DNA of 64,000 nucleotides, from positions 28,668 to 92,667 of the forward strand of contig CAVSDD010000008.1 in NCBI GenBank assembly GCA_963726795.1, written 5' to 3'. The DNA is from an uncultured Alphaproteobacteria bacterium. GTDB lineage: Bacteria > Pseudomonadota > Alphaproteobacteria > Rhizobiales > Hyphomicrobiaceae. A program made the translations under genes and the position numbers. The notes beneath the pieces were generated by a model. It was given only the letters and a program-made list of their open reading frames with translations. It had not been told where the DNA came from and did no database searches. Positions within the stretch are counted from its first letter, which is position 1; the number at the start of each line of letters is the position of its first letter. Of the stretch, positions 8,111-15,793 are shown one piece after another.

Positions 8111-8956
8111 ATGACCAAAATGCTGGACAAACCTTTGAAAACGGCAGGCGATGCAGCCCCGTTCGGCTATGGCGAATTATCGGGCAAATCGACCATCGTG
8201 ACCGGCTCGACCAGCGGCATCGGCCTGGGTGTAGCGCGTGCATTCGCGGCCTGCGGCATGAACGTCATGCTGAACGGTTTCGGCGACCGGGCCGAGATCG
8301 ACCGCACGGCGGCCGAGCTTGCCGATACCTATGGCATCAAGACCGCCTATTCGGCTGCCGACATGTCGAGGCCCGACGATATCGCCCGCATGGTCGATTG
8401 GACCACCGAGACATTCGGTGCCGTCGATGTGCTGGTCAACAACGCGGGCATCCAGCACGTGGAGGCGATCGAGACGTTTCCCCTCGAGAAGTGGAACGCC
8501 ATTCTCGCGATCAACTTGTCGGCGGCCTTCCACGCGATCCGCGCGGTTGTCGCCGGCATGAAGACGCGCCGCTTCGGCCGCATCATCAATGTCGCCTCGG
8601 CGCACGCGCTCGTGGCTTCGCCGTTCAAATCAGCCTACGTCGCCGCCAAGCACGGCATCGTCGGTTTGACCAAGACGGTGGCGCTCGAGACCGCCGAGTT
8701 CGGCATCACCGCCAACGCCATTTGCCCGGGGTACGTGCTCACCCCTTTGGTGCAAAAGCAGATCCCGGAGACCGCCAAGGCGCGCGGGCTCACCGAGGAG
8801 CAGGTCGTTCGTGACGTGCTGCTGCATGCCCAGCCGACGCGGCAGTTCGTGACCACCGAGGAGATCGGCGCGCTCGCGGTGTTTCTCTGCTCGCAGTCGG
8901 CGCGCTCGATCACCGGCGCGGCGATCCCGGTCGAAGGCGGCTGGACCGCCCAGTAA
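8111..8956 (+). CDS. bdhA: 3-hydroxybutyrate dehydrogenase (SDR family)
   Basis: ORF 8111..8956. TGSTSGIGLG, NNAGIQHV, SAHALVASPFKSAYVAAKHGIVGLTK, ICPGYVLTPLV, GGWTAQ C-terminus. An alternative ATG at 8120 has better GGAG spacing. Confidence 0.9.
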   Translation: MTKMLDKPLKTAGDAAPFGYGELSGKSTIVTGSTSGIGLGVARAFAACGMNVMLNGFGDRAEIDRTAAELADTYGIKTAYSAADMSRPDDIARMVDWTTETFGAVDVLVNNAGIQHVEAIETFPLEKWNAILAINLSAAFHAIRAVVAGMKTRRFGRIINVASAHALVASPFKSAYVAAKHGIVGLTKTVALETAEFGITANAICPGYVLTPLVQKQIPETAKARGLTEEQVVRDVLLHAQPTRQFVTTEEIGALAVFLCSQSARSITGAAIPVEGGWTAQ

Positions 8957-9039
8957 TTCGTCAAAGCAGGATTTGAATCGAGGCGTCGGCGCTGCCGGCG
9001 CCTCGTTGCGTGTGCGCGAGGTCACCTGGATCGCCGGTG

Positions 9040-9080
9040 ATAGCCCAGGGCTATCGATACGGTTGCCAAACGGCATTTCA
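9040..9080 (+). promoter_or_regulatory. 41-bp LTTR/OxyR-type operator module upstream of the cupin-MFS pair
   Basis: ATAGCCCAGGGCTATCGATACGGTTGCCAAACGGCATTTCA. It ends 89 nt upstream of ATG 9170. Confidence 0.7.
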
Positions 9081-9169
9081 AATCAGGGGCTTCAGAAGGG
9101 CATCTTGCTGGTCATGGGCGCGGGCCTTCCTCGCCCACAGCCAACCCCCTTTCTGCAAAGGATGCTCTC

Positions 9170-9649
9170 ATGACCCAGACCATCAAGCTCAGCTCGGTCC
9201 TTGCGGCCCTCATCGCCGTCGGAGCCGTCGCCGTTTCTGCGCCAGCGTTTGCGGGCAGCTGCCCGGCCGGCAAGGAAACCACCACCAATGGCCAGAAGGC
9301 CGGCGCCACCGCGCACAAGGACGTCAAGGAAGAGCTGCTCGGCCAGATCGATCTCTCCAAGGAAAAGATCGCAGTCGCCGATCATCACCTTCGCATGCGC
9401 CGGCTCGAGATCCAACCCGGCGGCGAGGTTGCCTGGCACAGCCACGGCGAGCGGCCGGCGTTGATCTACGTCGTTGCCGGCTCGATCACCGAATACTCGA
9501 GCCATTGCGAAGTGCCCATCGAGCACACGACCGGCGAGCTATCCGTCGAGCAGGGTGGCCTGTCGCACTGGTGGAAGAACAACACCAAGAAGCCGGTGAC
9601 GTTGATCTCTGCCGACATCGCGCAGGACTCCGACCAGCACGGCATGTGA
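9170..9649 (+). CDS. secreted cupin-domain protein
   Basis: ORF 9170..9649. Signal peptide ...AVSAPAFAGSC, then a cupin core LEIQPGGEVAWHSHGERPALIYVVAGSITEY...HWWKN. Confidence 0.7.
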   Translation: MTQTIKLSSVLAALIAVGAVAVSAPAFAGSCPAGKETTTNGQKAGATAHKDVKEELLGQIDLSKEKIAVADHHLRMRRLEIQPGGEVAWHSHGERPALIYVVAGSITEYSSHCEVPIEHTTGELSVEQGGLSHWWKNNTKKPVTLISADIAQDSDQHGM

Positions 9650-9746
9650 GCGGCTCAACTCGGAGCCGGGCCAATCTCGTTGCTGCTCCTCCCAGTAACG
9701 AGACGACGTCCGGCTCCGAACTCCATTGGCAACAGGGAAGCCTGAA

Positions 9747-10967
9747 ATGGCCGGAATTCTCAGCACCGCCGCGCTACCGCGCGATCCGCCGCAGCACCGC
9801 GCGCTCGACGGCACGGTGCGCTTCGTCGTCATCGCCACCATGGCCTTCCTGACGGTCGTCGACCTTTTCGCGGCTCAGGCCCTTCTCCCAACCCTCGTCA
9901 AACGCTATGGCGTATCTCCGGCCGCGATGGGGCTGGCGGTGAACGCGTGCACCTTCGGCATGGCGGCGGCGGGTCTCGCGGTCGCTCTCTTCAGCCGGCA
10001 CATCGACCGGCGGTCGGGGATCCTGGTCAGCCTCACCCTTCTCGCCATCCCGACAGCGCTGCTGGCGCACGCACCCAACTTGGCCGTGTTCGCCACCTTG
10101 CGCGTCGTGCAGGGCGTGCTCATGGCCTCGGCATTCACGCTGACGCTCGCCTACCTCGGCGAGCGCTACAGCGCGGAAGATTCCGCCGGCGCCTTCGCCG
10201 CCTACATCACCGGCAATGTGGCAAGCAATCTGCTGGGGCGCCTGATCGCTGCCGGTGTCACCGAGCACGCGGGCCTCAACGGCGCATTCTATACCTTTGC
10301 CGCGCTCAATCTGCTCGGCGCGGCGCTCGCCTACTTTCGCATACCGCGCGTAAGCCCGGCTGGCGGCGCGGGTGCCAGCGCCGACGACATGATGTCGAGC
10401 TGGCTGACTCACCTGAAGCACCCGGGGCTGCGCGCCGGCTTCGGCGTCGGCTTCTGTATTCTATTCGCCTTCATCGGCACATTCACCTTCGTCAACTTCG
10501 TGCTCGTGGCAGCGCCGCTGTCGGTCGGCATGATGGAGCTCGGCCTCATCTATCTCGTCTTCTTGCCGTCGATCTTCACGACACCATTTGCAGGGGCGGC
10601 GGCGAAAAAGTACGGAACGCGGCGCGCGCTATTGGCGGCGCTGGCGACGGCCGCTGCAGGATTACCGCTCCTCCTTTCCTCGCGCCTGAGCCTGGTCCTT
10701 GTCGGCATGGTGCTGGTGGCGGTGGGGACCTTCTTCGCGCAAGCCTTGGCGACCGGCTTCGTCAGTCATACGGCAAAGCGCGATCGCAGCGCGGCGAGCG
10801 GCATGTACCTCGCCAGCTATTTCATCGGCGGATTGATCGGCACAGCCGTGCTCGGCCAGGTCTTCGACCGGTTTGGCTGGCCGGCGGCGGTCATCGGCAT
10901 CGCCATCGCGCTCGGCTCAGGCGCATTCCTGAGCGTCTACCTGCGATCTGAGGAAGCAGCGGCGTGA
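9747..10967 (+). CDS. MFS transporter
   Basis: In frame with ORF 9726..10967. ATG 9747 has AGGGAAG 8 nt upstream. About 12 hydrophobic segments and an MFS-like loop SRHIDRRSGIL. Confidence 0.8.
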   Translation: MAGILSTAALPRDPPQHRALDGTVRFVVIATMAFLTVVDLFAAQALLPTLVKRYGVSPAAMGLAVNACTFGMAAAGLAVALFSRHIDRRSGILVSLTLLAIPTALLAHAPNLAVFATLRVVQGVLMASAFTLTLAYLGERYSAEDSAGAFAAYITGNVASNLLGRLIAAGVTEHAGLNGAFYTFAALNLLGAALAYFRIPRVSPAGGAGASADDMMSSWLTHLKHPGLRAGFGVGFCILFAFIGTFTFVNFVLVAAPLSVGMMELGLIYLVFLPSIFTTPFAGAAAKKYGTRRALLAALATAAAGLPLLLSSRLSLVLVGMVLVAVGTFFAQALATGFVSHTAKRDRSAASGMYLASYFIGGLIGTAVLGQVFDRFGWPAAVIGIAIALGSGAFLSVYLRSEEAAA

Positions 10968-10979
10968 TCGCAGTGCGCG

Positions 10980-11020
10980 ATAGGCCAGGACTATGGAGTT
11001 CGGAGCCAATCGCTATTTCA
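10980..11020 (+). promoter_or_regulatory. 41-bp LTTR/OxyR-type operator module upstream of DUF302-patatin
   Basis: ATAGGCCAGGACTATGGAGTTCGGAGCCAATCGCTATTTCA. This is the most degenerate forward copy. It ends 77 nt upstream of ATG 11098. Confidence 0.55.
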
Positions 11021-11097
11021 AGGTTGGGCCGCGCTTGCGCAAGGTGAGTTGGGAACATCGACCGGGGCCGCGTGCCCGAAAACGACGGAGAGCTCTT

Positions 11098-11592
11098 ATG
11101 ACCATTCGCAATTCAACTCTCGCACTTACTGCAACGCTCATCGCCGCCGGTGCGCTTGCCATCGCGGCACTGTCCCCGGCTCGTCTCCAGGCAGCCGTCA
11201 ACGCTGACGGCATCGTCAAGGTCAAAAGCGCCTACGGAGTCGACGAGACGGTCGATCGCCTCAAGGCTGACATCGAGAAAAAAGGCATCAAATTCTTCAT
11301 GACGGTCGATCAGTCGAAGCTCGGCGGCGACGCGGGCATCGCATTACGCCCGTCAAAACTTTTGATCTTCGGCAATCCCCCGCTCGGCATCCAGTTCCTC
11401 ACCGCCAACCCAAATGCGGGTCTAGACTGGCCGGTGCGCCTGCTCGTCAACCAGGACGCGAACGGACAGGTGTGGGCCGTCTATACGGATTTCGGCTGGA
11501 TCGCCAGCCGCCACCACATCACCAACCGCGACGCGCAATTCAAGATGGCGTCGGAGGTGATCTCCTCGATTACGTCGAGCGTGACGAAGTAA
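11098..11592 (+). CDS. secreted DUF302-domain protein
   Basis: In frame with ORF 10993..11592, starting at ATG 11098 (MTIRNSTLALTATLIAAGALAIAAL signal). Motifs seen: VDETVDRLKADIEKKGIKFFMTVDQ, LLIFGNPPLG, LDWPVRLLV. Confidence 0.75.
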   Translation: MTIRNSTLALTATLIAAGALAIAALSPARLQAAVNADGIVKVKSAYGVDETVDRLKADIEKKGIKFFMTVDQSKLGGDAGIALRPSKLLIFGNPPLGIQFLTANPNAGLDWPVRLLVNQDANGQVWAVYTDFGWIASRHHITNRDAQFKMASEVISSITSSVTK

Positions 11593-11625
11593 CTGCCAAT
11601 CCGGCGCCAGCGAGTGGAGACCCAG

Positions 11626-12900
11626 ATGGGTGAGAAATCGAAGCTCAACGGAGCCAAGGCCAGCGCAAGCGTCAAGGCGCCGCTGGCGACGGACGGGCAC
11701 GGGCGTATCGTGCTGGTGTTGCAGGGAGGCGGAGCGCTCGGCGCCTACCAGGCCGGTGTCTACCAGGCCCTGCACGAAGCCGACATCGAGCCCGACTGGG
11801 TCATCGGCACGTCGATCGGGGCCATCAATGCGGCGCTGATCGCCGGCAACGAACGGGAAAATCGCGTGCCGGCGTTGCGTGCGTTCTGGGATCGCATGGC
11901 GCACAAGTCGGTGTGGCACGAGTGGGCGCTGTGGCCGCGTTTCATGCAGTCGGCGTCCTACCTCAACACACTGACGTCCGGCCTGCCGGGGTTCTTCGTT
12001 CCCAATCCGCTGGCCTTCCTCGGACCGCACGTGGATCTGGGCGCGGATAACGCCGGCTTCTATTCCACCGAGCCTTTGAAAAAGACGCTCACCGAGCTCG
12101 TCGACTTTTCGATCTTGCCCGCCAACAAGCCGCGCCTCACGGTCGGCGCTGCGCACGTTCGCACGAGCCGCATGCGCTATTTCGACAGCAAGACGACCGA
12201 GATCGGCGTTGAGCACATCATGGCGTCGGGCGCGCTGCCCCCTGCGTTCCCGGCGGTACGCATCGATGGCGAGCTGTATTGGGACGGCGGTATCCTTTCC
12301 AACACTCCGACCGAAGCGATCTTCGACGAGAACCCGCGCGTCAACTCGCTCGTCTTTGCCGTGCACATGTGGAACCCCGAGGGATCCGAGCCCCAATCCA
12401 TCTGGGAGGTTCTGCACCGCCAGAAGGACATTCAATATTCGAGCCGCGTCGCATCTCACATCGCGCGCCAGGCGCAGATCCACCGGCTGCGCCACATCAT
12501 CCGCGAGCTGGCGATGATGCTGCCTGAAGAGGTGCGCGCCAGCCCAGCCGTGCGCGAGCTTGCCGGCTACGGCTGCCTCACGCGCATGCACGTCGTGCGC
12601 CTGCTATGGCCAGGACACGACAATGAGGACCACACCAAGGACGTAGACTTCAGTCCATCCGGCATCCGCAAGCGGTGGGGGGCCGGCTACGAGAAGACAA
12701 TGCGCGCGATCGAAGGCGCGCCGTGGAAGGGCGAGTTCGATCCGATCGAGGGCATCTTCCTGCACGAGCTGATCGAAGAGGCACGGATGGATCCGATGGC
12801 AGGCCCGCTGATGGTCGAAGCGCAGACGTCGCTCGACCTCAGTCGCGCAGCCGCTCGGCTTCAGGGAGAGAGCACGCTGCCCGCGTCGGACTTGAAGTAG
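11626..12900 (+). CDS. patatin-like phospholipase family protein
   Basis: In frame with ORF 11614..12900. ATG 11626 has GGAGA 5 nt upstream. Motifs seen: LVLQGGGALGAYQAGV (oxyanion G-rich motif), GTSIGAINAA (GxSxG), WDGGILSNTP (DG dyad). Confidence 0.85.
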   Translation: MGEKSKLNGAKASASVKAPLATDGHGRIVLVLQGGGALGAYQAGVYQALHEADIEPDWVIGTSIGAINAALIAGNERENRVPALRAFWDRMAHKSVWHEWALWPRFMQSASYLNTLTSGLPGFFVPNPLAFLGPHVDLGADNAGFYSTEPLKKTLTELVDFSILPANKPRLTVGAAHVRTSRMRYFDSKTTEIGVEHIMASGALPPAFPAVRIDGELYWDGGILSNTPTEAIFDENPRVNSLVFAVHMWNPEGSEPQSIWEVLHRQKDIQYSSRVASHIARQAQIHRLRHIIRELAMMLPEEVRASPAVRELAGYGCLTRMHVVRLLWPGHDNEDHTKDVDFSPSGIRKRWGAGYEKTMRAIEGAPWKGEFDPIEGIFLHELIEEARMDPMAGPLMVEAQTSLDLSRAAARLQGESTLPASDLK

Positions 12901-12932
12901 TCACACACCGCGAGTCGCTCGCTCGAGCTGTC

Positions 12933-12954
12933 GCCGGCATGTTGACGTGCCGGC
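12933..12954 (+). terminator. hairpin downstream of the patatin gene
   Basis: GCCGGCA-tgttgacg-TGCCGGC. A 7-bp stem with no clear U-run. Confidence 0.3.
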
Positions 12955-13071
12955 GCAGTCGTTTCGAGCCGCAGCTGCATTTGCATCTCCCTAAAATTCG
13001 ACCAGAAATCCCCGCGATGCCGACGGCGCTGGAACGTTACCGCTGGCGCGTTGCGACCGAACAGCTCACCG

Positions 13072-13112
13072 ATAGCGCACGAGCATCAATTCAAAAGGAA
13101 CTCGGCATTTCA
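13072..13112 (+). promoter_or_regulatory. 41-bp LTTR/OxyR-type operator module upstream of the 41-codon peptide gene
   Basis: ATAGCGCACGAGCATCAATTCAAAAGGAACTCGGCATTTCA. It ends 113 nt upstream of ATG 13226. Confidence 0.65.
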
Positions 13113-13225
13113 GTTCGGCACCTGGGAACGGCATAACGGCTTCACGGAAGTGCTGACGAGTTCGCATTCAGCCAATCCGAAGACCGAGAGTTTCAAACGC
13201 AATGCCAACCCCCAGGAGACCTACA

Positions 13226-13351
13226 ATGAAAGCCTTCATCATCGCCGCTCTCTTCACGATCGCTTCCGTCGCCACGCTCGGCGCGCCGGCCCAGGCCGAC
13301 AGCTTCACCGTGCACGGCTTCAACGGCGGCAACTCGTACGGCGGCCGCTAA
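13226..13351 (+). CDS. 41-aa secreted peptide (predicted 17-aa mature part), absent from the ORF track
   Basis: Manual translation gives MKAFIIAALFTIASVATLGAPAQA/DSFTVHGFNGGNSYGGR*. AGGAGA lies 8 nt upstream of the ATG. A strong intrinsic terminator follows 27 nt after the stop, and the gene has its own operator copy upstream. Confidence 0.6.
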   Translation: MKAFIIAALFTIASVATLGAPAQADSFTVHGFNGGNSYGGR

Positions 13352-13378
13352 AATCACGACCACGAACTTGTCACGAAC

Positions 13379-13408
13379 GGCCGCAGGCTCCTCCCCTGCG
13401 GCCTTTTT
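13379..13408 (+). terminator. rho-independent terminator of the small peptide gene
   Basis: GGCCGCAGG-ctcctcc-CCTGCGGCC followed by TTTTT. Confidence 0.8.
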
Positions 13409-13642
13409 CGTTGGGGCGAGCCGCGCTCGTGAGCAGCGCGAAACCCATGCGACCTCGCTCGGAGTTGGAGCCGCACGAGTCTCGCCCGCAGACCAACGGC
13501 GAGCTCAAGGCCGCGCTCGTGTCCTGCGCTTGAGTGCCGACCGCCGATGCTCCGTTCAGCCGGAACTAGTGCCATCTACTCAGATTAGACTTCGATTTGA
13601 GGGTCATCCGTCCCGCGTTCGCTTGGAACTCAAAATCGCATC

Positions 13643-13683
13643 ATAGCTTGCGGCTATCGAATCCCGATCCAATCGATATTTCA
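13643..13683 (+). promoter_or_regulatory. 41-bp LTTR/OxyR-type operator module upstream of the 88-aa secreted protein gene
   Basis: ATAGCTTGCGGCTATCGAATCCCGATCCAATCGATATTTCA. It ends 103 nt upstream of ATG 13787. Confidence 0.65.
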
Positions 13684-13786
13684 GCCGGCACCGCCGCGTC
13701 GGTAGTTTGCCCTTGCACGCAGACAGCGTCGCACCCCCGCGACGAGGATGCGCAAAGTGATTGTTTCAAACCCAAGGGAGACCACC

Positions 13787-14053
13787 ATGAAGAGAATCGC
13801 AATTGCAGCGGTTGCCGCCGCCCTGCTCGCAGGCGTCACCCCCGCCCTCGCCAAGGAAGATTGCAATGCCGGTTACAAGGATTTCCTCGGCAAGATGTCG
13901 ATCTACGTCAACAAGATGAGCGGCTATGAGCTGGCTGACGCCGTGCGCAAGTCGCTCGACGCCTACAACTCCTGCTCCTCGGGCGACAACTTCTCGCCCC
14001 ATGGCGTCTGGGACGGCATCCTGGCCGACATGAAGTCCAAGGCCGGCAACTAA
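13787..14053 (+). CDS. 88-aa secreted hypothetical protein (two Cys)
   Basis: In frame with ORF 13748..14053. ATG 13787 has GGGAGA upstream. Signal peptide MKRIAIAAVAAALLAGVTPALA, and a mature part KEDCNAGYKDFL...AYNSCSSGDNFSPHG. Confidence 0.65.
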   Translation: MKRIAIAAVAAALLAGVTPALAKEDCNAGYKDFLGKMSIYVNKMSGYELADAVRKSLDAYNSCSSGDNFSPHGVWDGILADMKSKAGN

Positions 14054-14070
14054 GGTTCTGCCATTAAGTG

Positions 14071-14096
14071 GCCCCTCGAGCGAAAGCTCGGGGGGC
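14071..14096 (+). terminator. hairpin after the 88-aa protein gene
   Basis: GCCCCTCGAGC-gaaa-GCTCGGGGGGC (one G-T wobble). The downstream tail CTCTTCGC is weak. Confidence 0.45.
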
Positions 14097-14137
14097 CTCT
14101 TCGCATCCGGCTAACCTTTTAGGCGCTCATAATCGTC

Positions 14138-15706
14138 ATGCCGCGCACATCGATAAAATTTGTCGGGTTCTTGGTTGCGATCCTCGCGGCCTTCGGGCTT
14201 GCGCACGCGCTCATCGCCGGCGAGCAGGCCGAAATCATTCTGACGCATGTCCCCGCCAAATCGAGCGTCGAATACAAGGCGCTGCAGGAATCCGGCAAGC
14301 CGATCGGCGGCCAGGATCTCGCGATGACCAACGCCGAGATGTGGACCGTCCCGGCCGAGAACTACGCCGCATTGCTCAAGACCGCCGCCGCGCAGGGCGT
14401 CGCCGTGCGCCGCCTGGACGATAGCGCCAGCCCCGAGATGGCAACGGCGATGAGCGCCGAGCAAATGCAAAACATGAAGATGACGCCGGCCCAGCAAGAG
14501 ATGATGCACAACACCATGCAGTCGAAGGCGACGGTCGGCGCGAGCATGATGATGCTGCCCGACGCGGCGACCATGGAATATACCCTGACGAAGCGGATGG
14601 CCGCTCCCGAGGGAAGCCCGCCGCAAACGCTGCAGATCCCGTTGAACGACAAGCTCACCGTCACTGCGACGCGCACCGGCGTCAGCAAGACTGAGGACGG
14701 CTACGTCTGGCGCGGCTTCATCGACGGCTCGGGCGAGCCGGTGACGCTGCTGTGGTGGCCGAGCGGACGCGTCGCCGGCACCGTCGTTCACGGCGGCCAC
14801 ACGTATGTCGTCAAGAATATCGACGGCAACATGCACGCCATGCTCGAGTATTCGCCCGAGAAGCTGCCGCCCGATCATGGCGCCGCCGGCAAGACGATGA
14901 TGGAAAAAATGGGCATGCATGCCGATCCCCTGGTGCAGCAGGGCGATGCCGGCATGATGCTGTCCCCCGACAAGCGCCCGAAAGAGGCTGCGGCCGAGCC
15001 CAGCTCAGGCCCGCCCAAGGACGTCACCATCAACCTGATCATCGCCTACACCAAGAAGGCCGCGAGCCACTACAACGACATCGTCAAGGACCTGATCGAC
15101 GTCGCCATCGCGCAGGCCAATCAGGCGTTCATCGACAGCGGCGCCCCGAATGTTCACGTCAAGGTCGTGCACGCCTACGAGACCGACTACGTGGAGAACG
15201 GCACGCACTTCGATCACGTCTATCGCTTCCGCAACAAGGGCGATGGCTACATGGACGAGATCCACGACCTGCGGAAGAAGTACCAGGCCGATGTCGCAGC
15301 CCTCATCGTCGATGATCCCATGGGCTGCGGGCTGTCGATCCGCGTTGCCGCCGAGGCGCCGGACGCGTTCACTGCCGTGCATCACGAATGCATGGCAACG
15401 ATGTATTCGCTCGCGCACGAGATCGGCCACCTGATCGGCGCCCGTCACGACCGCGCGCTCGACGACACCGCGATGCCCTATCCCTATGGTCATGGCTTCG
15501 TGCACGGCAAGGAGTGGCGCACCATGATGAGCTACATGGAAAGTTGCGATAACTGCCCGCGCCGGCCGATCTGGTCGAGTCCCGACGTCAAGGTCGACGG
15601 CGTGCCGGCGGGCGATGCCGATACCAACAACGCCAAGGTGATCCGCGAGGGGGCCGCGCGCGTTGCAAAATTTCACGAGCAACTGGACGGCCCGCCAAAG
15701 CACTAG
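14138..15706 (+). CDS. secreted zinc metalloprotease (metzincin, reprolysin/peptidyl-Asp-endopeptidase-like) with Met-rich N-terminal region
   Basis: ORF 14138..15706. Signal peptide MPRTSIKFVGFLVAILAAFGLAHA. HEIGHLIGARHD fits the HExxHxxGxxH(D) zinc site. Met-rich tracts: SAEQMQNMKMTPAQQEMMHNTMQSKATVGASMMML and GKTMMEKMGMHADPLVQQGDAGMML. Confidence 0.8.
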   Translation: MPRTSIKFVGFLVAILAAFGLAHALIAGEQAEIILTHVPAKSSVEYKALQESGKPIGGQDLAMTNAEMWTVPAENYAALLKTAAAQGVAVRRLDDSASPEMATAMSAEQMQNMKMTPAQQEMMHNTMQSKATVGASMMMLPDAATMEYTLTKRMAAPEGSPPQTLQIPLNDKLTVTATRTGVSKTEDGYVWRGFIDGSGEPVTLLWWPSGRVAGTVVHGGHTYVVKNIDGNMHAMLEYSPEKLPPDHGAAGKTMMEKMGMHADPLVQQGDAGMMLSPDKRPKEAAAEPSSGPPKDVTINLIIAYTKKAASHYNDIVKDLIDVAIAQANQAFIDSGAPNVHVKVVHAYETDYVENGTHFDHVYRFRNKGDGYMDEIHDLRKKYQADVAALIVDDPMGCGLSIRVAAEAPDAFTAVHHECMATMYSLAHEIGHLIGARHDRALDDTAMPYPYGHGFVHGKEWRTMMSYMESCDNCPRRPIWSSPDVKVDGVPAGDADTNNAKVIREGAARVAKFHEQLDGPPKH

Positions 15707-15793
15707 GCTCGCCGGGCGGGGAACAAGCCAGCCGCGCAGCGTGCTACATAAAACTCTTGATCGAACGATCCGCGCCCAGAAGGTCTCGCCTGC

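Noticed and set aside
13051-13533. 160-aa plus-strand ORF.
   Set aside because: It runs through an operator copy, the 41-codon peptide gene (in a different frame) and its terminator. Its sequence is not protein-like.
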